Assembly (NCBI GenBank): GCA_002364005.1
Contig: DEXG01000023.1
Location: 94,702-158,701 of the forward strand
DNA length: 64,000 nucleotides
Direction: 5' to 3'
Origin: Phycisphaerales bacterium UBA3190
Lineage (GTDB): Bacteria; Planctomycetota; Phycisphaerae; Phycisphaerales; UBA1924
Both the position numbers and the translations under genes were made by a program. Below are positions 46,170-54,454 of this stretch, piece after piece; position 1 is the stretch's first letter; each line of letters starts with the position of its first letter. The notes under the pieces were generated by a model. The model saw nothing but the letters and a program-made list of their open reading frames with translations. It ran no database searches and was not told where the DNA came from.

Positions 46170-46226
46170 ATCTCTCTCCATCAATGTGGTTTCGAGAGAC
46201 CGGTGGGTTGGTGGCACCACCAACCG

Positions 46227-46256
46227 TTGACGACCGTGCACAAAATGTCGTAGATT
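46227..46256 (+). promoter_or_regulatory. Sigma70-like promoter candidate (TTGACG-18 nt-TAGATT)
   Basis: TTGACG at 46227-46232 and TAGATT at 46251-46256, directly after an 8-bp inverted repeat GGTTGGTG-GCAC-CACCAACC (46206-46225). Confidence 0.3.
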
Positions 46257-46303
46257 CTTATCAACGACCCGTCTTAGCTTTCGTGTCGATCTCCGATCTC
46301 TTG

Positions 46304-46330
46304 GGCCGCCACTTGTTTGGCGGCCTTTTT
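46304..46330 (+). terminator. Intrinsic terminator-like hairpin
   Basis: GGCCGCCA-CTTGTT-TGGCGGCC followed by TTTTTCTCTT. Located 230 nt upstream of parA. Confidence 0.5.
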
Positions 46331-46559
46331 CTCTTGAACTACACCATCACCCGTTTTGATGCTGCATGGCAAGCCCCGTGTGCATCATCACGGCGAAATG
46401 GCACCAACGCCATATCGCTCAATGCGCGTGAAAGCCAACCGGTTGACGCCCTCCTCCATGCTGTGCCATTGTCATAGCGAATATGCAGCGTTCGGGCTTT
46501 CGGCCCATATGCCGTTGAGGCTCTTTGAGTTTTGCCAACCTAGCTACACGGAGGAGCTC

Positions 46560-47450
46560 ATGAATGGACTTGAAACAACTTGGGGTGGGATTGTCATTGC
46601 GGTCGGCAACCAGAAAGGCGGCGTTGGCAAGACTACGACCGCCGTTCACGTCGCGTGCGGACTCGCCAACCGCGGGCATCGAACACTCTTGTGGGACCTA
46701 GACCCATCAGCCGGTGCCACAAAGCACCTCGGGCTCACCCCAGATGCGTATCCAGGCACGCTTGAGCTGCTGCTTGGAGACATCAATGTGGACGAAGCGT
46801 GCATCTCCCATACCAACCACGACATCGACATGCCTGACCGCCTCAGCATCATCCCATCGAAACGTCGACTTGAAAGAATCGACTCAACCCTCGGCTCACG
46901 ATGCCGTTTCTTCAATCCGCTCGATGTTCTCGCCCACCCAATCGCGACACTCCGTCAATCATTCGACATCATCGTGCTGGATACACCACCGAGCACGGTG
47001 CTCTCGCCGTCACTGGCGACCTACGCATCGGCTGATTGGTTCCTGCTCGCGGCGATGCCCGACCCGCTCGCTATCACAGGCCTGGCCGATGCAGCCCGCG
47101 ACATCGAAGCGGTCCGCGATTCTGCCAACCGGAAGCTCCAGCTCCTCGGCGTCGTGCTCAATGCCGTCGATAACCGCACTCGACTCTGTCGAGAGCTGAC
47201 CACCTATGTAGATGAATGCTTCGCATCGCCAACCGGGGACACGCTGAGGCTCACACCAACTATCAGCCGGTCCACGGTGGTACCAACCGCCCAAAAATTA
47301 GGGCGGTCCGTCATCGACGCGTTCCCCCGTCATCCTGTGGCGGAGCAGTTCCTCGCAATCGCCATAGCCATTGAGGACCGCCTGATTCTCGCTCAACGAG
47401 CTCTTGGCGATGCGATATCTGAAGCTTCGCTTGCGGGTGGTCTCCGATGA
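46560..47450 (+). CDS. parA: ParA/Soj-family partition ATPase
   Basis: Deviant Walker A VGNQKGGVGKTTTAVH. ATG 46560 follows GAGGAG. Confidence 0.9.
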   Translation: MNGLETTWGGIVIAVGNQKGGVGKTTTAVHVACGLANRGHRTLLWDLDPSAGATKHLGLTPDAYPGTLELLLGDINVDEACISHTNHDIDMPDRLSIIPSKRRLERIDSTLGSRCRFFNPLDVLAHPIATLRQSFDIIVLDTPPSTVLSPSLATYASADWFLLAAMPDPLAITGLADAARDIEAVRDSANRKLQLLGVVLNAVDNRTRLCRELTTYVDECFASPTGDTLRLTPTISRSTVVPTAQKLGRSVIDAFPRHPVAEQFLAIAIAIEDRLILAQRALGDAISEASLAGGLR

Positions 47451-47881
47451 GCCAGAGACATTCAAATCGCCCATTCTCTCCGCTCGACGATGTCCGGTCA
47501 TCATCGTTGTGCCAGGCAAGACCTTCCGAGGAACGCCTTCAATTGGGGGCTCAAAGAACTACCCAGCTTCCTCGCTCGCCATCCAACACCCAACGCACGA
47601 CACTTCGCACACGGATGCTTCCCGACGAAAAGCGTCGCGTCGAGTCGCTTTGCGTCTCACTCAGCGAAAGTCTCCGTGCAACGGTCAGGCCCAGTAACCT
47701 CCTGAGAGCACTCCTCATTCTGGTCCGAGAGACCGAATCAGGAATTCATGCCGAGGCTCGTCGGGTACATGGGCTGGAGCGACCGTCCAACAATGACAGA
47801 CCAGGGATAGAGGACTTTGAGCGTGCTCTCGCCGTCGTAATTCGCGATGGCATATCTGCTGCAGTGTCGCGGCATCGGTGA
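47447..47881 (+). CDS. Small basic protein coupled to parA (candidate centromere-binding partner)
   Basis: ATGA overlap with the parA stop. 144 aa with an Arg/Ser-rich N-terminus and a helical C-terminus. Confidence 0.45.
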   Translation: MSQRHSNRPFSPLDDVRSSSLCQARPSEERLQLGAQRTTQLPRSPSNTQRTTLRTRMLPDEKRRVESLCVSLSESLRATVRPSNLLRALLILVRETESGIHAEARRVHGLERPSNNDRPGIEDFERALAVVIRDGISAAVSRHR

Positions 47882-48313
47882 GATAGATGCTACGGATTGG
47901 CTCAGCGGTCGGCACGTTCCACCGGCACCGGTCACGCCAGGTGTTCTTCAAAAGTGTTTGAGGTACGCAGTTCCTCCGGAACACCTGTCATGCCCGGTGC
48001 CTTATCGGTGGAATGTACCGGCTGTCTTTGTCCAAACGGTATAGCCCCAAGGACGCTTTGCGTCCGTCGCGAATGCTGTGTCATGAGTCGTCACGCTCCA
48101 AGCACGCTGCGCGTGCGTCGCGTGGCTGTATTTATGGTGCTTTCTCGACAACGGGGCCAGCGAGATTTGAACAGCTGTGAAAATCCTCGCCGCCCCCGTT
48201 GTCAGGAAAGCACGTGATTGGGGGCGGAGGCAAATCGGAGAACAGGAGATGAACACGACAACACACACCAACTCGGAAGCGACTACCAGCTTTCGTATCC
48301 AAGACTGGGCACG

Positions 48314-48604
48314 ATGAACCCGGCCCGAGCGGTGCAAGAACCGCAGCGAGAAACCGAATCGAACCCACTCGACACGGGCATGCTCCCTCGATGGTTGAGC
48401 GTGAATCAGATTCGCAAGATGCAGCGATGCCGCCGCGAGACCGTCAAGCTTGCGATGGACAGCGGCGAGTTGCCCTTCGAGCAGCGAGGCCGAATCCGCT
48501 ACTCCCGGCTCTCTGATGTCATCCGATGGGAAGAGCGTCGGCTGCAACCCGACTCCGAGCCCGTCGCCGGACTTATTCACCCCGACCTACAGGAGTTCGT
48601 ATGA
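48314..48604 (+). CDS. Excisionase-family (HTH_17) DNA-binding protein
   Basis: LSVNQIRKMQRCRRETVKLAMDSGELPFEQRGRIRYSRLSDVIRWEERR. Alternative start at 48380. Its stop overlaps the ardC ATG (ATGA). Confidence 0.65.
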   Translation: MNPARAVQEPQRETESNPLDTGMLPRWLSVNQIRKMQRCRRETVKLAMDSGELPFEQRGRIRYSRLSDVIRWEERRLQPDSEPVAGLIHPDLQEFV

Positions 48605-49563
48605 GCAGCTCCGCAATGTTGGCTCCTCTGGTTAGTGCTCCGACTGACTTGGCACAACGGCCCCTTTCGACCGAGCCCGCACGGCCCGCCAGTTCTGGCG
48701 AGCGGGCCGCGTCGGCCCCGGAAACGAAAGGAGCCAAGCACATGACCATGGCACAAGAAGCACGCAAGACCATCGACCAGGCACTGGAGCGTCTCAGCGA
48801 CGAACTCAACAACGGCAAGAGCGAGACCATGCAAGCATTCCTCGCTATGCTCGCCAAGTTCCACCGGTACAGCTTCGGAAACATCATGCTCATCCTCGCT
48901 CAGCGACCCGAAGCGACACAGGTCGCCGGGTACCGAGCCTGGCAGGGCCTCGGGCGACAGGTCCGCAAGGGTGAGAAGGGCATCACCATCATCGCCCCGA
49001 TGATGCTCAAGAAGGACAGCGAATCCGGCAATGACCCCGAGAAGGTGCTCCGCTTCAGAGCAACGAGTGTCTTCGACCTCTCCCAGACAGACGGCGAGGA
49101 ACTCCCCGCCCCCACCACGATGCAGGGCACACCCGGAGAGCACCTCACCCAGCTGCGTGACTTTGTCATCTCTTTGGGCATCTCACTCGATACCGAGAAA
49201 GACCTTTGCGGACCGCTAGGCGTCAGCCGGGGTGGCTCTATCACCATCCTGGACAATCTCAACGACCCCGAGGGTTTCTCGGTCCTGGTGCACGAGCTCG
49301 CACATGAGATGCTCCATCACGGCGAGAACGCCCAGCGAGCCGACAAAACGACGCGAGAACTTGAAGCCGAAGCAACCGCACACGCGGTCTGTACCGCTGT
49401 GGGACTTGAGCCCGGTACCGCTTGCAGCGACTACATCCAGTCCTACGGCGGTGATGCTGAACTGCTCGCCTCGGTGCTCCACCGAGTGCAGAAGACCGCC
49501 GCTCGCATTCTCGACGCGGTGCTCATTCCAGCGGATGAGACCGTTGAAGCCGAGGCGGCTTGA
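48601..49563 (+). CDS. ardC: ArdC-like antirestriction protein (ssDNA-binding N-domain + HExxH metalloprotease)
   Basis: YSFGNIMLILAQRPEATQVAGYRAWQGLGRQVRKGEKGI (ArdC-N/DUF1738 pattern) and VHELAHEMLHH. Confidence 0.85.
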   Translation: MSSSAMLAPLVSAPTDLAQRPLSTEPARPASSGERAASAPETKGAKHMTMAQEARKTIDQALERLSDELNNGKSETMQAFLAMLAKFHRYSFGNIMLILAQRPEATQVAGYRAWQGLGRQVRKGEKGITIIAPMMLKKDSESGNDPEKVLRFRATSVFDLSQTDGEELPAPTTMQGTPGEHLTQLRDFVISLGISLDTEKDLCGPLGVSRGGSITILDNLNDPEGFSVLVHELAHEMLHHGENAQRADKTTRELEAEATAHAVCTAVGLEPGTACSDYIQSYGGDAELLASVLHRVQKTAARILDAVLIPADETVEAEAA

Positions 49564-49676
49564 AACAGATTTCGGGTGTCCGCGACTGGTCCCGCCGGTC
49601 GAGGATATCCGGCTCGCTCGTGATAAAACGAGCAAGCAAATCCATGAATAGATGACACTGGCAGCGGGACTGCTGG

Positions 49677-50072
49677 ATGTCATATCGGAGAAACAAAATG
49701 AACATGCAAACAACAACAATCGACTGCCCAGTTGTGATTCCTGAATCCATCGAAGAATGCTACGAGATGCTCGAGCATGACAATCTCGTTGGGCTTGAAG
49801 ACTTCGCACGCGAAGCAGGCTTTCAAGAAACCGTGCTCGTCACTCAGAATGCTTTGAAACGGATGGTGGGTGAACGTTCCTACTACCAGCCAAAGCTCTT
49901 CATCCCAGCGATTGTCCAGTCATTGCGAGATATGCGAGCCATACTGCAACAGATTCCTGGGCGGCAGACTCCTGTACTACTCGAAACGGATATTGACGGT
50001 GAGGTGGTGGATGTACTCGTCCGGCAGAACCCTTTGGCACACCCGCCATTCACGCTCGTGACGCTGCAATAA
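49677..50072 (+). CDS. Hypothetical protein
   Basis: 131-aa ORF in operon orientation between ardC and the methyltransferase-like gene. Confidence 0.45.
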   Translation: MSYRRNKMNMQTTTIDCPVVIPESIEECYEMLEHDNLVGLEDFAREAGFQETVLVTQNALKRMVGERSYYQPKLFIPAIVQSLRDMRAILQQIPGRQTPVLLETDIDGEVVDVLVRQNPLAHPPFTLVTLQ

Positions 50073-50131
50073 ACAACCCGCGGGGTTTGGCACTGACTCG
50101 CCTGGCCCCGCCGAAACTCTACGAGAGGAAC

Positions 50132-50839
50132 ATGATTCAGACACAACAGGCCGCACAGCGGCCACAACTTCCTGCCGATACGGAGAACACTCGGCTCTAC
50201 GCACCGGCCCAAACCTTCAGCTCCATCGTGAGCATCCCGCAGCGTTGCACGCTGTGGGGTGACGCGAGGTATAGAGGCAACTGCGACGGAACGCTCTTCA
50301 AAGAGCTCGTTCACCAATACAGGCCCCGCTCAATCGCAGACCCGATGAGGGGCTCAGGAACAACGGCTGATGTCGTTGCTGGTATGAGAGAGCTTGGCTT
50401 GTACGATGGCTCCTACTGGTCGTCCGATCTCAAAGAGGGATTCAACCTCCTGACCACGCCGCTGCCTGGGCGGCACGACATGGTCTGGGTCCATCCGCCG
50501 TACTGGAACATCATCAGATACAGCGACCACATAGCCGATTTGAGTACCATCGACGTGTTCGAGGAGTTCATTGCTGCACTGGAGGCCTGCCTCATTCGGT
50601 GCATCGATTCACTGAATCCTCGTGGAACTCTTGCGGTGCTCATCGGCGATGTGCGTCGCCAGGGGCGGTACTACTGCCTTGCACAACATGTCATGGGCAT
50701 GTCAGACCAACTCGGTAACCTCGTCTCGGTCATCATCAAGGCCCAGCACAACTGCTCGTCTGACAGGAAGCGGTATGGCAACATGAAACACGTGCCTATC
50801 AAGCACGAATACTGCCTGCTGTTCCAAAAGAACATTTGA
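50132..50839 (+). CDS. Small DNA-methyltransferase-like protein (orphan)
   Basis: DPMRGSGTTADV (motif I-like) and VWVHPPYWN (motif IV-like, with His instead of D/N/S). ATG 50132 follows GAGAGGAA. Confidence 0.5.
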   Translation: MIQTQQAAQRPQLPADTENTRLYAPAQTFSSIVSIPQRCTLWGDARYRGNCDGTLFKELVHQYRPRSIADPMRGSGTTADVVAGMRELGLYDGSYWSSDLKEGFNLLTTPLPGRHDMVWVHPPYWNIIRYSDHIADLSTIDVFEEFIAALEACLIRCIDSLNPRGTLAVLIGDVRRQGRYYCLAQHVMGMSDQLGNLVSVIIKAQHNCSSDRKRYGNMKHVPIKHEYCLLFQKNI

Positions 50840-51051
50840 CAGCACAATTTTCCGCCAAGGTCGCACCACAACCAAATCATGGCTTGAGTGTACATCTTGG
50901 CGGTTCAAAGCGATATCACAGCGCCCGTACATCCATCTGACATCCATTTCACTTGGGCAACCGCGTCAGCTTGCATCATTCCGAGCGGTAATGCGTATAG
51001 ACGACGTCTTTCTCGTTCTGGATGGGCTCTAAGCAGGTATTGCAGAAGCAC

Positions 51052-51076
51052 GCACCGTCTGTCATCAGACAGGTGC
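51052..51076 (+). promoter_or_regulatory. Candidate oriT hairpin upstream of the relaxase gene
   Basis: GCACCGTCTG-TCAT-CAGACAGGTGC (10-bp stem with one bulge), 44 nt before ATG 51120. Confidence 0.35.
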
Positions 51077-51119
51077 CTGATGCAAGCAGAATCGCCTTAG
51101 AGCATTTGGAGGTCTGCAA

Positions 51120-53957
51120 ATGCTCCGTGTGACAACACAATACTGTGCCGAAGCCATCAAGCAGTACTTCTCCGAAACTCTCCACCACGAGGACTACTAC
51201 AGCCAGGGCACCGAGGTGCCCGGCGTATGGAACGGAAAGGGCACGGAACGGCTCGGCCTCGCGAAGAATGTTGGCCAGAGCGCGTTCTATCGCCTCACCG
51301 ACAATCTTCACCCGTCGCGGGATTCATCACTGACCCCTCGCACCAAGCCTGGACGCAGGATTGGCTATGACTTCTGCTTCAACGTCCCCAAGTCCGTCTC
51401 CGCAACGTGGGCTTTGACCGGAGACGAGAAGATTCTCTGGGCGTTCCGAAAGACCGTCTGGCAAACGATGGAGGAGATTGAGCAAGAGATGCAGACTCGT
51501 GTGCGGAGGGACGGAGCGAATCACGACCACCACACTGGCAACATGGTTTGGGCTGAGTACCTGCACTACACCACCCGTCCCATCAACGGCGTCCCTGACC
51601 CACACATTCACATGCACTGCTTCGTATTCAACTGCACCTTTGACGAAGAGGAGCAGCGTTGGAAGGCGGGGCAGTTCCATGACATCCTGAAGGTCGCCCC
51701 GACATACCAAGCGACCTACTTCTCTCACCTCGCATCGAATCTTATCGAAATTGGATACCCCATCCGTCGCACCGAGTTCGCGTTTGAGATTGACGGTATC
51801 CCGGAATCCGTCAACAAGAAACTCTCTCGCCGCACCAAATACATCGAGTCTCTGGCCGCCGACCTCGGCTTTGAGGACAAGCAAAAGGCAAAGCTGGGTG
51901 CCCGCACACGCGAACGGAAGCGTGACGAGCAACAACTCGACGAGCTGAGAAGAGGCTGGGCCGACTGGCTCGACGCCGACGAGCTTGTTGCGGTTGAATC
52001 GGTAGGGTTGAACAACCAGGCAGTACCGGAACGCGAGCTCGAACAGGAGGACATCGTCGAATCACTCCGAAACGACGAGTGGTCAAAGCGTGCGGATACA
52101 CGCGAGACGGCTGAGAGCAAAGGAAGTGATTCGGACTCGCACCAAGAACGACATCGCCCTTGGGGACCGCACCTGCTCGTGTCACTTTCCGCGAACAACG
52201 CGGTCAAAGCCGCCGCTGCTCAACTGTTTCACTTTGAGGCTGTGGTCACCGAGCCCCGGCTCCGGGAGGCCGCTCTCAAGCTGAGCTACGGGCGTGCGAC
52301 ACCCCAACAAATCAGAGAGGCCATCCAGAAACGCCCCGAGCTCGTTGAGCGAACGATTGAAGGCCGCACCTACATCACGACACATGAGGCGGTCAAAGAC
52401 GAGCGGTTCCTCGTCGATTTTGCTCGCAAAGGTCGGGGAGCGAAGCGAGCACTCGGTCTGTTTACCCTCAGCATGGCCGGATTCCGTCTCGACGCCAGGG
52501 AGAAGGAGGTGCTTCGCGAGCTGCTGAACTCGAAAGACCGCATTACTCTGTTTAAGCACACTGGCCCGAGTCGACGCCCCGAGCTGAGCCGTGCCGCCAT
52601 GACCTCTGTGCAGGAGTCCGGGCACAAGCTCTTCGTCGTCACGCCGTCCACGGTCTCGGCCCGTCAGGCCGAACAGGACTATGGCCTTGACCGAGTATTC
52701 ACGGTGAATCAGCTCCTCGATGACGAGATGATGCCCGAGAAGCTCAAAGACTGGGGAATGGGGTTCAAGCTCATCTGGGTTGAGGATGCCGGGCGGCTCG
52801 GAACGCGGTCCGTCTCTGCGCTCGCTCGGCTTGCCAAGGAAACCGGAGCCCGAATCTTGCTTTCAGGAGACTCAGGCCGAGCTCGTTCGCAAGAACGTGG
52901 CGACCCGTTCCGGGTGCTCCGTGATGAAGCGGGGCTGACATCCGTTGAGTACAACGTCATGCAGGAGAAACAGAACTCGCTAGAGCGTGCCTTGCAGACC
53001 ATTCAATGGGCAGGTGGTGAAGCCTCGTTGAGGAGTCTCAAGGACGCGGAGCTCGTGCACATCAGCGGGGAAGACACGCTTGCTGACGACGCTGCCTCCT
53101 ACTACATCGAACAGCATAAACTCGGACGCAAACCACTCCTCGTCACTCCCGGCATTCGCACGATGGGACGGCTTATCAAGGCTGTGCGGACAAAGCTCCG
53201 TGACAAGGGCATACTGAAAGGTCGCGAACGGTCCGTGCTCCAGCTCCGTCCCTGCTCATGGGGCGACAGCAAGAAGAGAAAGAGCGAGAGCTACCGGAAA
53301 GGACTCATCATCGAGTTCCATCAACCGAGCCGTGGCTTTCGCTCAGGCGACCGGACCCGCGTCATGGGTGTCGACTCAACAGGTGGTGTGTGGGTGTGGA
53401 GCCGCTTCCTTACTCCCGAACGACTCAAACTCGGGCACAGCAGCCGCTTTACTGTCCACACCGTGAATCGTGCTCACCTTGCGGTCGGCGACCGTATTCG
53501 TGTCACCAGGTACACCCGAGCCGCCCTTGGGCGTCCGCTTCGCTCCAACAGCGTGGTGACGGTCAATGCGTTCAATCCCCGTGGCGACATCGTGGTCGAT
53601 GGGATGCGAATCCTGAATCGCAACTTTGGTCACTTTGAGCAGGACTATGTCACGACCCACTACGGCCTGAAAGGGCGGCGGGTTGATTCGGTCGGTTTCA
53701 TCGCTGAGGCCGGGGAATATGCCATGGCTGAAGCAAAGGACGTGGTCGCTGCTGGTGAGGCGAGCAAGAAATCCTTCCAGGTCTTCGCCGACGACGAGGT
53801 GGGACTGACCAACCTCCTGGCATTCGAGCGTCCGGTCACATCGGCCATCGACCTAGAGGACCGACTCGACGAACTCGACCTGGAGATGCAGGACTATGAG
53901 CACATCTTCAACCGAACACAATCCCAATCGGCGAGGGGCTACGGCTATGGAAGATAA
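51120..53957 (+). CDS. MobF-family conjugative relaxase (TrwC/TraI-like) with a degenerate helicase-like C-terminal region
   Basis: N-terminus MLRV...YFSETLHHEDYYSQGTEVPGVWNGKGTERLGL. His triad region DPHIHMHCFVFN. RBS GGAGG is present. Confidence 0.9.
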   Translation: MLRVTTQYCAEAIKQYFSETLHHEDYYSQGTEVPGVWNGKGTERLGLAKNVGQSAFYRLTDNLHPSRDSSLTPRTKPGRRIGYDFCFNVPKSVSATWALTGDEKILWAFRKTVWQTMEEIEQEMQTRVRRDGANHDHHTGNMVWAEYLHYTTRPINGVPDPHIHMHCFVFNCTFDEEEQRWKAGQFHDILKVAPTYQATYFSHLASNLIEIGYPIRRTEFAFEIDGIPESVNKKLSRRTKYIESLAADLGFEDKQKAKLGARTRERKRDEQQLDELRRGWADWLDADELVAVESVGLNNQAVPERELEQEDIVESLRNDEWSKRADTRETAESKGSDSDSHQERHRPWGPHLLVSLSANNAVKAAAAQLFHFEAVVTEPRLREAALKLSYGRATPQQIREAIQKRPELVERTIEGRTYITTHEAVKDERFLVDFARKGRGAKRALGLFTLSMAGFRLDAREKEVLRELLNSKDRITLFKHTGPSRRPELSRAAMTSVQESGHKLFVVTPSTVSARQAEQDYGLDRVFTVNQLLDDEMMPEKLKDWGMGFKLIWVEDAGRLGTRSVSALARLAKETGARILLSGDSGRARSQERGDPFRVLRDEAGLTSVEYNVMQEKQNSLERALQTIQWAGGEASLRSLKDAELVHISGEDTLADDAASYYIEQHKLGRKPLLVTPGIRTMGRLIKAVRTKLRDKGILKGRERSVLQLRPCSWGDSKKRKSESYRKGLIIEFHQPSRGFRSGDRTRVMGVDSTGGVWVWSRFLTPERLKLGHSSRFTVHTVNRAHLAVGDRIRVTRYTRAALGRPLRSNSVVTVNAFNPRGDIVVDGMRILNRNFGHFEQDYVTTHYGLKGRRVDSVGFIAEAGEYAMAEAKDVVAAGEASKKSFQVFADDEVGLTNLLAFERPVTSAIDLEDRLDELDLEMQDYEHIFNRTQSQSARGYGYGR

Positions 53958-54339
53958 TCCAATCGACAAGGTGAAGCAGGCCATCTTCGGCGACGAACTC
54001 TCGTCGGTGACCGACGGCGTCCGCCCAGGGATGCTGGACCTCCGACCCCGCAAGGGGCAGTGGTTGGCATTGCCCTATACCGCCATCCGTGAGGTTTCGT
54101 ACAACCCCAGTTCGAAACCCCCACTCCGAATCGAGTTCTCGTCCTACATCATTGAGATTCAGGGCACACACCTCAAAGGCGTGTACCTGTCCATCGTCGG
54201 CATGCGCGCGGTGACCCTCACCGAAGTACAATCTCTGCATCGAATCGGCGTGGAATCCGAAGACCAAGAATCCCCGAACATCGACCGCATCTCTATCAAG
54301 CGGAAGAAAGCTCGCTCTGCCCAAGAGGAGGCGGGATAG
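53947..54339 (+). CDS. Hypothetical protein
   Basis: 130 aa. ATG 53947 overlaps the relaxase end by 11 nt. Confidence 0.45.
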   Translation: MEDNPIDKVKQAIFGDELSSVTDGVRPGMLDLRPRKGQWLALPYTAIREVSYNPSSKPPLRIEFSSYIIEIQGTHLKGVYLSIVGMRAVTLTEVQSLHRIGVESEDQESPNIDRISIKRKKARSAQEEAG

Positions 54340-54454
54340 TCCTGCATAGAAGCGGCCTACTGGCGACAGAATTAGAGCAGACGTCTCCCCTAAGCATCCG
54401 CTTAGGCCGCTCATCGCTAGTCTAGGGCAAATTTTCAAATATTAATGAGTCACA

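Noticed and set aside
48185-48230. GC-rich hairpin (8 bp + 2-nt bulge + 3 bp, 22-nt loop) upstream of the second HTH gene, considered as a terminator or sRNA
   Set aside because: There is no T-tract on either strand, the loop is large, and hairpins like this arise easily in GC-rich DNA, so the evidence is not strong enough for a feature.
48002-48580. 192-aa minus-strand ORF overlapping the second HTH_17 gene
   Set aside because: The + frame has a clear excisionase-type HTH and an ATGA junction with ardC. The minus ORF has no features and would be convergent into parA's partner.
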